Shown here: in pieces, positions 28,816 through 38,574 of the stretch | Position numbering within the stretch: position 1 is the stretch's first letter | How the letters are laid out: every line of letters begins with the position of its first letter | Source of the DNA: an uncultured Verrucomicrobiales bacterium | GTDB lineage: Bacteria; Verrucomicrobiota; Verrucomicrobiia; Verrucomicrobiales; DEV007 | Direction of reading: 5' to 3' | NCBI GenBank assembly: GCA_938091905.1 | Contig: CALKOM010000023.1 | Span: 77,082 to 141,081 of the forward strand | DNA: 64,000 nucleotides | Notes under the pieces: model-generated | The model's input: the letters and a program-made list of their open reading frames with translations, nothing else | Database searches by the model: none | Told to the model about the DNA's origin: nothing | Position numbers and translations under genes: made by a program

Positions 28816-30348
28816 TTAGAGACCAATGATCTTAGTGAGGCCGTTCCATATCTTGGCCCAGAAATTGCCCGCCTGTCGATGATGTTCCGCTCGCGATACC
28901 TGCTGACAGAGAAAGACTCCCTGACCTGAGAAGAGGTCATCAAACAGTGGGTTGTGGTCGCGCAGGTAGGAAATAAACGTTTCTGATCGCCGACTACGGT
29001 AACTTAGGGACGGCGTGAATCCAATGGTGGCCAACTGATTGGTGCGGCGCTCGTTCCCCTCCTGAACATTGTCCACTGTGAGGCGCTCCGCTCGAACGCC
29101 GCGGTAAGCCCAGGCGACTAGTTTCACCGGACCACGGAACTCGAAGTAGCGGAACTGTAAAGTGATCCAAGCATGGAGAGAAAAGAAACGCCAATGGGAG
29201 CGCACCCGCGGTTCCTCATCACCACTGTTTTGGATCAGGGCAGCGAGGAAGCTGGGCCGACATACAACTGCTCCACCCTCAGGGACTTCCACCACAGCCA
29301 TCTCAACTTCAGCATCCGTCTGGCTCGAAAGCGTTAATCGTCGCTGAGCTCCCGGCACTCGATTGGTCACTCGGGTCAGAAGGAAGAGGCCAGCCGCTAG
29401 GCAAGAGAAGGGGTATTTCCAGCTAAAAACAAATTTGGTCTTTTTGATGAGATCCTCGTCCGACGCCTGATAGAACTTATGCTGAATGGTGGCACTTTCA
29501 CCGGTCTCCAACACGACTTGCTGCGCCACCGCAGTCTTTGTTACTCGGATAGGAGCATGGGCCGCAGTCTTCAAAGCAACAGGACGACCAAACGATAACA
29601 AAGGGGCCCAAAAGTAGTATAGTGCAATCTTTGCTAGTATTGGTAAAAAGATGATCGATAAACTCAACCAGATGAGCGGTTTTCCTACCTTCTCAAAAGC
29701 TGCTTCTAAAAAGTCTTGCGACTTCGCAACCCTACCTTCCCAGCGGTCTGCCTCGCTCTTTACGCGATCACGCTCCTCTTGTGCCACCGTTAATCGTTCG
29801 AGCGCACCTTCGCGTTCTTCCTGAAGCTTTAACTCATGAGAACCCGCTGAGTCTTCGATCGCCTCACGCTGGGCGATCACATCCTTCGCTTTGGCCAAGA
29901 GATCAGCTTGTTTGGCTCGGCTTTCATTGATGCGCTTACTCAGTTCGCTCTGTTGTTTCTCCGTGTCGACGCCACGCAGCTTATTCCAAAATTCAAGCGC
30001 ACGTGCTTTGACTCCCTGCAACGCGGCTAACTGATCTTGCCAGGCTCTCATCTGTCCCTGACGAACTTCCAGTTCACGCTGCAATTTAATTCGGGCGGCC
30101 TCAACGCTCTTAAGCTTTTCGTCGAGATCCTGTTTCAAGGCAGCTACCTTCTCTTCCAACAGTCTCGTTTCCTCTTGGATGCGCTGCACGACACGCTCTT
30201 TGTCTGCTAGCTCCTCAGGTAGACGCTCAAGGTACTTCTGACTCGCTAAATAGAGCGCGAACCCGCCAAGCACGAGCGTCCAAATAACCAAGAGCATAGC
30301 TGCCTTGGAAAAAAGCCACCTTAGGACATTGGTGAGGATCCCAATCAT
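28816..30348 (-). CDS. Membrane protein: TM - long coiled coil - TM - probable AIM24-like domain
   Basis: Two hydrophobic segments flank ~190 aa of heptad-rich helix. C-terminal beta repeats FEFRGPVKLV and LFSGQGVFLCQ. Confidence 0.65.
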   Translation of the reverse strand: MIGILTNVLRWLFSKAAMLLVIWTLVLGGFALYLASQKYLERLPEELADKERVVQRIQEETRLLEEKVAALKQDLDEKLKSVEAARIKLQRELEVRQGQMRAWQDQLAALQGVKARALEFWNKLRGVDTEKQQSELSKRINESRAKQADLLAKAKDVIAQREAIEDSAGSHELKLQEEREGALERLTVAQEERDRVKSEADRWEGRVAKSQDFLEAAFEKVGKPLIWLSLSIIFLPILAKIALYYFWAPLLSFGRPVALKTAAHAPIRVTKTAVAQQVVLETGESATIQHKFYQASDEDLIKKTKFVFSWKYPFSCLAAGLFLLTRVTNRVPGAQRRLTLSSQTDAEVEMAVVEVPEGGAVVCRPSFLAALIQNSGDEEPRVRSHWRFFSLHAWITLQFRYFEFRGPVKLVAWAYRGVRAERLTVDNVQEGNERRTNQLATIGFTPSLSYRSRRSETFISYLRDHNPLFDDLFSGQGVFLCQQVSRAEHHRQAGNFWAKIWNGLTKIIGL

Positions 30349-30366
30349 GTTGCCTTATAATCTACC

Positions 30367-31152
30367 TCACATCCTCTCCATGTCCATGGCAGCACGCAAG
30401 GCCTGCACCCGGGCCGGATCCACGGGTTGAGCCAAGAGCCCATCCACTTTAACGCTTGTACCTACAATAAGCCCATCGGCAAATTCCAAGAGTCGTGGTG
30501 CTGACTCAACACTCGACCCAGAGCCCACATAAATGGCCGCTTCTGGGCATGCCTGCCGAACAACACGAAGATCATCGGCATCCACAGACTCACCCGTGGC
30601 CACTCCGGACACAATCAACGCATCTGCTAGTCCTCGATGAAGGACGTCCTTCGCTGCGTCTTCGAGAGAGCCACCTCCAAGCGGCTGCGCATGCTTCACA
30701 TGAACATCCGCCCAAATGGCAACCTTAGGACAAAGAACCTGCCGCTTCCTCACAGTTTCATATGCTTGTCCCTCGATGACGCCTTGGTCGGTGACCATAG
30801 TACCCGAGTGTACGTTGACACGAATGAACTTACCTCCACACGTCGCAGCTAAACCCAATCCTGACATTGGGTCGTTACGAAGAACATTGAATCCAAAGGG
30901 CAACGTGATGTTCGCTACCTGACGTAAATGAGAAAACACGGTTGCCATGGCCGCGACGGTTTCGGCTGGAACCCGTTCCGAAGTGAAAGGGACATCACCA
31001 AAATTCTCAATGACGAGCGCATCTGCACCTCCCTCAGCAAATGCTTTCGCATCCTCTGCTGCATGCTCACAAACGGCACTCATGGAACCACCCCAGCGTG
31101 GTGCACCCGGAAGAGGGAGAAGGTGGACAACGCCAATAAGCTGTGGCCTCAT
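30367..31152 (-). CDS. btpA: BtpA/SgcQ family TIM-barrel protein
   Basis: IGVVHLLPLPGAP, ENFGDVPF, GFNVLRND, ADVHVKHA and ADGLIVGT. Confidence 0.92.
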   Translation of the reverse strand: MRPQLIGVVHLLPLPGAPRWGGSMSAVCEHAAEDAKAFAEGGADALVIENFGDVPFTSERVPAETVAAMATVFSHLRQVANITLPFGFNVLRNDPMSGLGLAATCGGKFIRVNVHSGTMVTDQGVIEGQAYETVRKRQVLCPKVAIWADVHVKHAQPLGGGSLEDAAKDVLHRGLADALIVSGVATGESVDADDLRVVRQACPEAAIYVGSGSSVESAPRLLEFADGLIVGTSVKVDGLLAQPVDPARVQALRAAMDMERM

Positions 31153-31153
31153 G

Positions 31154-31777
31154 TTAGTCATGTTGCTGATCAAAGATTTCTACTAGGCCCCGTTTTAAGC
31201 AGTATTCCCCGCCCACAATGAGCAGCTTGTCTTGCTCGACAAGACGTTCGAGAATTACCGAGTCGCGTTGGAGCTGATTCACCGACGCCCTGACATTTGC
31301 CCGAATGGCGTGAGGCATGAGTGCCTCTGAAGTCAATTCGGGCTTTGTTTCTACCAACGTTGCCACTGCAGGAGAAATCCGATCAACGATAGATTTTAAG
31401 TTAGGAGATTGATTCTTTGTCGGACGTTCCAGCTCCGCTAACGTCGCTTTAACAGCTCCACAATTTGAGTGCCCTAGCACGACAACGAGCGGCGTACCGA
31501 ACTGCTCGACCGCAAACTCGACACTACCGATTTGGGACGGGGCCACGATATTCCCCGCCACCCGGATGACAAAGAGATCACCGAGGCCTTGGTCAAAGAT
31601 CATCTCCAACGGTGCCCGCGAATCTGAGCACCCCAGAACGACGGCAAAGGGCCTTTGCCCAGCCAAGAGTTCGTGCCGCCGGCTCTGCGTTGGCAAGGCA
31701 CTCTTGTCCTGCACCCCCATAACAAAACGTTGATTTCCTTCGAGGAGACGAGAGAGAGCTTCTTGAGCGGTTATCAT
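31154..31777 (-). CDS. Beta-class carbonic anhydrase
   Basis: GCSDSR, GDLFVIRVAGN and GHSNCGAV zinc-ligand motifs. Confidence 0.95.
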   Translation of the reverse strand: MITAQEALSRLLEGNQRFVMGVQDKSALPTQSRRHELLAGQRPFAVVLGCSDSRAPLEMIFDQGLGDLFVIRVAGNIVAPSQIGSVEFAVEQFGTPLVVVLGHSNCGAVKATLAELERPTKNQSPNLKSIVDRISPAVATLVETKPELTSEALMPHAIRANVRASVNQLQRDSVILERLVEQDKLLIVGGEYCLKRGLVEIFDQQHD

Positions 31778-31798
31778 GATTGATCTGATCGTAGTGCG

Positions 31799-32674
31799 TT
31801 AATCTAAGTTGAGCTTGTCGCCGCAGACACGACAATAACGCGCGTCTGAGGTGTGAACTTGCGCCCCACAATTGCTGCAAGCCCGATTGCTATAATCTTG
31901 TTTCCGCTTCATTTGGCGATTGATTTCCGCTCCAACGATCCCCGTTGGAACCGCGATAATAGCATAGCCAGTGATCATGGCAAACGATGCGAGAAATTTC
32001 CCTAACGGATGCAGAGGAGCGATGTCCCCGTAGCCAACGGTTGTGATGGTGACAATCGCCCAGTAGGTAGACTCGGGTATGCTTGAGAACGCAGGGTTGG
32101 AAGGACCTTCCACGATGTACATAATCGTTCCCATAATGATCGCCATCGTCACGACAGCAAAGAGGAAGACGACTATCTTCGGGCGACTAGCTCTGAGAGC
32201 CATCAGAATCAGGTTTGCTCCACCGATGTAACGCGCCATCTTGAAGATACGAAAAAGACGTAAAAGGCGAAGAATCCGGATCGTCGTAAGATAGTGCGCC
32301 TGCTCGGGAACGGCAAACAAGGCCAAGTAAGTGGGAATGATAGACAGAAAATCGACGATTCCGAAGAATGAGAAAGCATACTTCAACGGCTGCTTTACAG
32401 AAATAAGGCGCAACACGTATTCAATAGTGAAGAGTATCGTGAACACCCACTCTGCGCCCATGAACCAATCTCCATAGCTGGCATTGAAGCTAACAACAGT
32501 CTCTAGCATGACCAAAGTCACCGATAGCGCAATGGAAACGAGCAAGATGATATCGAAAAGCCGCCCACTGAACGTATCAGCCTCGAAAATGATGTCGTGA
32601 GTACGCCGACGCCACGCTGGCAATTGATTCGAGGGAGGATTATTCGACTCAGACGGCTCCATGTCGTGCAGCAT
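31799..32674 (-). CDS. Voltage-gated potassium channel family protein with C-terminal zinc ribbon
   Basis: S4 segment RILRLLRLFRIFKMAR, selectivity filter TTVGYGD, and CSNC...CRVC. Confidence 0.93.
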   Translation of the reverse strand: MLHDMEPSESNNPPSNQLPAWRRRTHDIIFEADTFSGRLFDIILLVSIALSVTLVMLETVVSFNASYGDWFMGAEWVFTILFTIEYVLRLISVKQPLKYAFSFFGIVDFLSIIPTYLALFAVPEQAHYLTTIRILRLLRLFRIFKMARYIGGANLILMALRASRPKIVVFLFAVVTMAIIMGTIMYIVEGPSNPAFSSIPESTYWAIVTITTVGYGDIAPLHPLGKFLASFAMITGYAIIAVPTGIVGAEINRQMKRKQDYSNRACSNCGAQVHTSDARYCRVCGDKLNLD

Positions 32675-33860
32675 AGTCCGCCATGGCTCGTGTCAAAGCC
32701 TGAATCTGACCACATGTATGGTCCGCCGTAAGCGTCAGACGGAGCCGGGCCGCCCCCCGCGCAACAGTCGGGTAACGAATCGCCGGTACGTAGAATCCAC
32801 TTTCCTGTAGTGCAAAAGCTTGAGCCAAAGCTGCAGCTTCATCTCCAATCTGATAGGGAAAGATGGCAGCCGGCGCCTCCGGTTGCCCAGTCTCCTCAGC
32901 CAAGCGCGCCATGAGGCCACGTAAGATCTCCCGGCGCTCTTCACCCTCTTTACCCGTAGCAATTTCCAGCGCAGCGCGAGCAGCCACGGCAAGGATCGGC
33001 GGTGGAGCCGTCGAGTAGATAAAACTGCGCGCCTTATTGATCAAGATGTCGACCATAGCTTGGCTACCTGCAAGGTAGCCACCGGCCACGCCAAGAGCCT
33101 TCCCAAGCGTTCCCATGTGGTAATCAATCCGATCTGTAAGATTGAGATCGGCAGCTAGGCCTCGCCCCTGAGCACCTATCACTCCTACCCCATGTGCTTC
33201 ATCGAGAAGCAGTTGAGCACCATAGCGATCCTTCAAAGAAACAATTTCGGCTAGTGGAGCTAGGTCACCGTCCATGCTGAAGACCGACTCTGTCATGATG
33301 ACGACTCGATCTTTGTCAGGCTGACCATCTGCCCAACGAAGCAACGCCTCCAACTTATCAAGATCATTGTGACGAAAGACACGCACCTTGGCACCACTGA
33401 GGCGGCAGGAATCGATAAGACAGGCATGGCTTAGCTTATCAAGAATTACAATACTCTTCCGACTCAGAAAAGCAGTGGCGAATCCAGAGGCCGTAGCATA
33501 CCCATTGGCAAAGGTTAGCGCGGCTTTAACACCTTTGAATTCAGCAATCGCCTCCTCGAGCAAGAGATGCACCGGATGCGTCCCTGTGATGAGACGAGAG
33601 GCACCACTTCCTACCCCATGGACTTCAGTTGCATCGATGGCCGCTCCCTTTACCTTAGGGTGATGAGCTAAGCCTAAGTAGTCGTTCGATGAGAACGAAA
33701 TAAGTGCTCGCCCATCGACATCATGGACACGCACGTGCCCACTTTCACCGCAAACAGGGTGTAGCTTACGCAGCAGTCGATGGTCATCCAGCCTGCGCAG
33801 GGTTTCTTCATAGGCAGCGTCTGTGTCAGACCTCAAGAACTTGCTACCGCTTCTTCGCAC
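32649..33860 (-). CDS. bioF: 8-amino-7-oxononanoate synthase
   Basis: FSSNDYLGL, GSGASRLITG, ESVFSMDGD, DEAH and GTLGKALG (PLP lysine). The exact start is uncertain. Confidence 0.92.
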   Translation of the reverse strand: MRRSGSKFLRSDTDAAYEETLRRLDDHRLLRKLHPVCGESGHVRVHDVDGRALISFSSNDYLGLAHHPKVKGAAIDATEVHGVGSGASRLITGTHPVHLLLEEAIAEFKGVKAALTFANGYATASGFATAFLSRKSIVILDKLSHACLIDSCRLSGAKVRVFRHNDLDKLEALLRWADGQPDKDRVVIMTESVFSMDGDLAPLAEIVSLKDRYGAQLLLDEAHGVGVIGAQGRGLAADLNLTDRIDYHMGTLGKALGVAGGYLAGSQAMVDILINKARSFIYSTAPPPILAVAARAALEIATGKEGEERREILRGLMARLAEETGQPEAPAAIFPYQIGDEAAALAQAFALQESGFYVPAIRYPTVARGAARLRLTLTADHTCGQIQALTRAMADYAARHGAV

Positions 33861-35290
33861 TTGGACTCGCTAGGCTGATTATGTCGCATAAATCGCATTC
33901 GCCCTTTCGGCTCGAGCTCTTGGTGATCGATGTTAAGCTGATCGATTCGATAACTTAGGATGCGCGGCGTGGTGCCTAACAACTCAGCAGCCCGACTCTT
34001 AATGCCTCTGGCTTCATTGAGAGCCTCAATAATCAATGAACGCTGGAAAGCATCCGTGCGCTCTTCCAATGTGCCCAACTCAAACTGTTGCGATTCTGCG
34101 CTCTTAGGAGAGATACTACGATTCCACTGAATCTCTTGAGGTAAGTGCACGATCTTGATCACATCGATCTTTGGATGAATAAAGAGCACCCCTTCCAAGA
34201 TGTTCTCTAGCTCACGTGCGTTGCCGGGCCAGTCGTAACGGCGCAGAACCTCCATCGCACCTACATCGATGTCTTTGACCGCCAGCTGCATGCGGCTTCT
34301 GAGACGATTGATGATTGCGTAGGCCAACAACGGAATATCTTCCCTTCGTTCCCGAAGCGCAGGAATTCGTAGTATTTGTCCAGAGGCTATTGCTGACAAA
34401 CGTTCATCAAACAGCTCTGGAACCGACTGATCAATCGAGCTCGAAACTGAAAACAACAAACGACTCGTCGTCTGCACTCTTAAGATCCCACCATCCCGCA
34501 TGAAAGATTGTCCTTCTATCAATGCACCCAAACGCTTCTGTGTGCTTACCGGCAACAGATCCAAATCCTCAACATACATCGTCCCGCTGCCCACGAGATC
34601 AAGCTTCCCAAGCTCTCTAAGGTTGCCAACCGAAACTGCAGCTTCGAGATCTTGACCAAAGAATTCACGCTCAAAGGCGTCCTCTCGGCCCGGGGAATGT
34701 TGAGCTTTGATAAAGGGCAGCTCTGAACGAACACTCAGGGTGTGAATCAAACGAGCAATGGTGTCTTTTCCAGTTCCTCGCTCTCCCACAAGCACCGCAG
34801 GTTCCTCATTTGCGGCGAGCCGGCGGATCTCGTGAAGGAAATTCCGATAGACGAGAGACTCGCCTGGCATCTCGTGCAGAAAGCCCGTCTCGATCGCTTC
34901 CCGGCGGGAAGCCTCTACCTGACGCCGTTCATTGACGGTCTGTATCGCCTTGTCAGCAATCACTCGCACATCGTTGACATCAAAGGGCTTCGTAATGAAC
35001 TCCACCGCTCCTATACGGATCGCTTCCGCAATCGTGCTCGTCGAACTGACAGCACGAAGCATGATCACAGGCGTCTCAGGGTAGCGTTGGCGAAGTTCAC
35101 GGAGAATTTCAAGCCCGCCACCTTTGGGAAGAATGATATCGAGGAGCAAGAGTTCGATTCGATTCTCTTCCAATACCTTAAAAACCTCGTCCACAGAATT
35201 GGCCGTGTACACATCGTAGCACTGGTGAAAGATCGCTTTGAGCGACTCAATAACACCGAGCTCGTCATCCATCACGAGGATCTTCTTCAT
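33833..35290 (-). CDS. NtrC-family response regulator (REC-AAA+-Fis HTH) with degenerate AAA+ motifs
   Basis: REC domain (MDDE, LLDII, KPF), Walker A GERGTGKD, LRERREDIPLL, YDWPGNARELEN and a C-terminal HTH. GAFTGA is absent. Probable ATG at 35290. Confidence 0.88.
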   Translation of the reverse strand: MKKILVMDDELGVIESLKAIFHQCYDVYTANSVDEVFKVLEENRIELLLLDIILPKGGGLEILRELRQRYPETPVIMLRAVSSTSTIAEAIRIGAVEFITKPFDVNDVRVIADKAIQTVNERRQVEASRREAIETGFLHEMPGESLVYRNFLHEIRRLAANEEPAVLVGERGTGKDTIARLIHTLSVRSELPFIKAQHSPGREDAFEREFFGQDLEAAVSVGNLRELGKLDLVGSGTMYVEDLDLLPVSTQKRLGALIEGQSFMRDGGILRVQTTSRLLFSVSSSIDQSVPELFDERLSAIASGQILRIPALRERREDIPLLAYAIINRLRSRMQLAVKDIDVGAMEVLRRYDWPGNARELENILEGVLFIHPKIDVIKIVHLPQEIQWNRSISPKSAESQQFELGTLEERTDAFQRSLIIEALNEARGIKSRAAELLGTTPRILSYRIDQLNIDHQELEPKGRMRFMRHNQPSESKCEEAVASS

Positions 35291-35804
35291 GGACAGATCT
35301 ATGGGAGGGTAATGCTTGGGGAACAAGAGTGATCTTACCGATCAGTCTCCAGGAAACGGTGGATGTGTTCGAGGAAATTCTGCAATCCGTCAACTGCTGC
35401 CTTGACTATTGGACCGGCTAGGGCTGCCCGTGCGTCACCTTTTCTTATAGTTAGGCAGATTCTTCCCAAATCTGCAAGATCCTTCCCGTCAAGCATGTGA
35501 CCCCTCGCCAAACCTACACGCCTCCATCCATCAACACTCTACACGTGTGCCAAGTGCTGGATGAGGCGACGGCGTTGGCTACTTTGGACTCCGAATCCAA
35601 GATCTCTCTGACGTCGAACTCGTCAGAGGCATTGGTGAATTCCTGTGCACTGGAAGCGCTACCCCTTCTCCGGAAGCCAAAACACGCCTTCACCAATCGG
35701 ATTCTGGCACCTTAGCGCCAAAGGCCCTCTCAAGGTTCTTCCCCGCTTCGAGTGGGCTTAGCCTCGCCGACGACGCTCTAATCTTACCGATAAGCTACTC
35801 GGCC

Positions 35805-37862
35805 CTAGAAGGCGTAGCGGCAGCGGACACCCACGACCATCGGAGCACCCACACTCCCCGCGCGCAAGTCAGGCGAGATATTCTGGTAGTAAACCTCTTC
35901 GGTCAGATTCTGCCCATAGACGCTGATCAAGAGCCCATCGGACTCATAGCCCAACGATGCGTTCAGCAAGGTGTAGCCTCCTTCTCGGAAGTCGTCATTG
36001 TTCACGTCACTGAAGAACGTCTCCCCCTGATGCACGAGTTCAACACGACCAAAGAAACCGCTTGGGTGCCGGTAGACCGCTGCGATGGAAGCGTCCATAT
36101 CAGGAACGAATGGAGCGCGATTCCCTGAGAGATCAGCTCCACTGATCGGATCTGTGAACTGATCAAACTCCGTCCGTACAACACCAAAGGACCCTTCAAT
36201 GGTAAAGTTATCCGTCACATTTGCCCGCAGCTCAAACTCAGCTCCATAAGAATCAGCCTTCTCCGCATTGAGCACCGCGTAGTCTGTCGCGACCAACGAG
36301 CGTTCCACTTGGTAGTCACGGATCTTATTGTAGAAAACTGCGACGTTTGTTCGCAGATTGTCATCAAACCAACTCTTCTTCCAACCGAACTCCGTCGTCC
36401 ATGAGCGCTCCGCATCATACTCGGCGATGCTAGGATCGTCCACAAAGGCACTGAAGCCACCTGGTTTGAATGTCAATCCAGTCGACAGATACACCAACGA
36501 CGTGTCGTCAATTTCATAATCGATTCCTAAGCGGGGACTAACAAAGAAGAAATCTTCGCTATCCTCAATGGAAGGGACAGGACCCATGACACCGAAGGCA
36601 TCCCGCTTGAGTTCCTTCTCATAGCGCTCCAGCCGCAACCCAGCATGGAAACCCCAGCGATCGAAGCCCTCATAGGATACCTGGCCAAAGGCTGCGTAGT
36701 TCTCCTCATCCAAGGAATAATCCGTCGTTGTCGTAAGCGGAAAGAACATGCCACCGGGCCCTGGAGCCAAGAAGTTGCGGCTCGTATTGCCCGCAATGTC
36801 CGTCAAGGAAGCATACGCTCCTACCGTCCATTGCCAATCTCTCTCCCCCACCGATGACCACCGAAACTCTTGGGAGAGGAGCTCCTGATCTTGCAGGATT
36901 ACCGAATTGTTGCCAGGGAACGGCCCTAGATCGAGATCAAACACGTAGGGATCGATCTCCCAATCACGCTGCGCCGTCACCGAGAGAAACTTGTAGTCGT
37001 CATTCTCATACGTCACCCGGAGAGACTGACTATTAGCACGCTGATTCGATTCCCCGTGAAGATTCGACGTCACCTCATAGGGATCTCCATCAATAGAGCT
37101 TAAACGCGGCGCACCATCATCAAATTCGTCAACACTAGCAGAAAGGCGCACTTCCCAACCCGGCCCGGGACGCCAGTAGATCGTGCCAGCACCACTAGCG
37201 TGTTGCTGGTCGTCTGGATGGGTTCGTAACGTCGGATTGTAGAGGTAACCGTTGCGCTTGGAGAAGCTACCGCCAAGCTTGATGTATAGCTTGTCCTCAA
37301 CCAACGGTCCCATGACATAACCATCTCCCATGAAGGACTCGTAGCTGCCGTAGTCAGCGGAGAAACTACCCTGCCACACATCAGTGGGTGACCTGGAGAT
37401 CACATTGACCGCACCGCCATAAGGATTCCTACCAAAGAGCCATCCCTGTGGTCCTCGAAACACTTCCACGCGCTCAACGGCGTGGAACTGGGTCGTTTGG
37501 GAGAACATGTTTCCCATCGCCACGTCGTCCACGTACTGCACAATGGAAGGGCTCCCGAAGAACGGCGTGTTCGTTAGCCCACGCATGCTGGCCACGTCTC
37601 CATAGGAACGCAATCCCGAGTCCGTTTGCGCCATGTTAGGAATCACTGTGGCAAGATCACGCTGATTTTGACGATTGCCAGCCTCCAAGCCCTCTCCACT
37701 GACAGCGCTCGCGCTCAGTGGCCACGATTGATAATCATCGACTTCCCCATAGACCGTGTAGGGATCGAGGGTGTCTAAGTCGTTATCATCGATCTCCTGA
37801 CCAAAGAGCGGGCAGGCGAAAGCACAGAATGTAAGCGTTCCAAAAAGTGTGGATTTCGTCAT
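35805..37862 (-). CDS. TonB-dependent outer membrane receptor
   Basis: Signal peptide, plug motif VERVEVFRGPQGWLFGRNPYGGAVN, alternating beta strands, and C-terminal NLTEEVY...RYAF. Confidence 0.93.
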   Translation of the reverse strand: MTKSTLFGTLTFCAFACPLFGQEIDDNDLDTLDPYTVYGEVDDYQSWPLSASAVSGEGLEAGNRQNQRDLATVIPNMAQTDSGLRSYGDVASMRGLTNTPFFGSPSIVQYVDDVAMGNMFSQTTQFHAVERVEVFRGPQGWLFGRNPYGGAVNVISRSPTDVWQGSFSADYGSYESFMGDGYVMGPLVEDKLYIKLGGSFSKRNGYLYNPTLRTHPDDQQHASGAGTIYWRPGPGWEVRLSASVDEFDDGAPRLSSIDGDPYEVTSNLHGESNQRANSQSLRVTYENDDYKFLSVTAQRDWEIDPYVFDLDLGPFPGNNSVILQDQELLSQEFRWSSVGERDWQWTVGAYASLTDIAGNTSRNFLAPGPGGMFFPLTTTTDYSLDEENYAAFGQVSYEGFDRWGFHAGLRLERYEKELKRDAFGVMGPVPSIEDSEDFFFVSPRLGIDYEIDDTSLVYLSTGLTFKPGGFSAFVDDPSIAEYDAERSWTTEFGWKKSWFDDNLRTNVAVFYNKIRDYQVERSLVATDYAVLNAEKADSYGAEFELRANVTDNFTIEGSFGVVRTEFDQFTDPISGADLSGNRAPFVPDMDASIAAVYRHPSGFFGRVELVHQGETFFSDVNNDDFREGGYTLLNASLGYESDGLLISVYGQNLTEEVYYQNISPDLRAGSVGAPMVVGVRCRYAF

Positions 37863-38063
37863 GGTCAGCGCCGAAGACAGAGCAGGTCGACAGACTAGTC
37901 AACACTTCAGATCATTTAAAGACCGGTTTACTTACGAAAACTGATGTCGTGGGGCATGGCAAGCTGGTCATACAACTGGGCCCGGTCTTCCCGATGATGG
38001 TAGCGAATTCTCTGCGCATAGCACGCCACGCGTTCTGCATGCACTTGAGGTACCAGCACCACC

Positions 38064-38170
38064 CCATCTCCATCTCCATCTCCATCTCCATCTCCATCTC
38101 CATCTCCATCTCCATCTCCATCTCCATCTCCATCTCCATCTCCATCTCCATCTCCATCTCCATCTCCATC
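38064..38170. repeat. Hexanucleotide microsatellite (CCATCT)x17.8
   Basis: Perfect 107-bp tandem run; reads (GAT GGA)n on the minus strand. Confidence 0.98.
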
Positions 38171-38537
38171 CGCTACAACGATACGCCTGGGATCACACAG
38201 ACCCCACCAACAACGATTGGACGGTTCACAGACTCCAGCTCCACACGCCCCGCACGAATACGTCGTCCAGCTTTCTTGTAATAAACCGGCGTCTTCTGCG
38301 TCATGATCTCATCAGAGTCTCGCACACTGCCATTCGTCACCACACCGCAGCAGCCACGCGCTTTCCAGTTGAGCACGCTACACTCACTCACCGTTCCCGC
38401 GCAGCTTTGCCCGAATCATCATCAATGACCACCAACGAACCAGGTCTCAACATGGGCGTGAAATGATCCGGTGCTCGATTCTGATGCCAGTTCGCCGCGA
38501 ATTACTCGAATTCGCCTTCAGTGCGCACCTTCCGAGG

Positions 38538-38574
38538 TTCGCGGTGACGGCACGAAACGTGCCGTCACCGCGAA
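38538..38574. repeat. Perfect 17-bp inverted repeat with 3-nt loop
   Basis: ttcgcggtgacggcacg-aaa-cgtgccgtcaccgcgaa. Confidence 0.95.

Noticed and set aside
35497..35715. 72-aa ORF with YTPPSI, resembling a lasso/RiPP leader motif
   Set aside because: GTG start without a clear RBS, and no cyclase, peptidase, RRE or radical SAM gene nearby.
37847..38281. ORFs with poly-IS (plus strand) and poly-ME (minus strand, 37912-38169) tracts
   Set aside because: They are alternative-frame readings of the hexamer repeat. The homologous frame is poly-DG within the RraA pseudogene.
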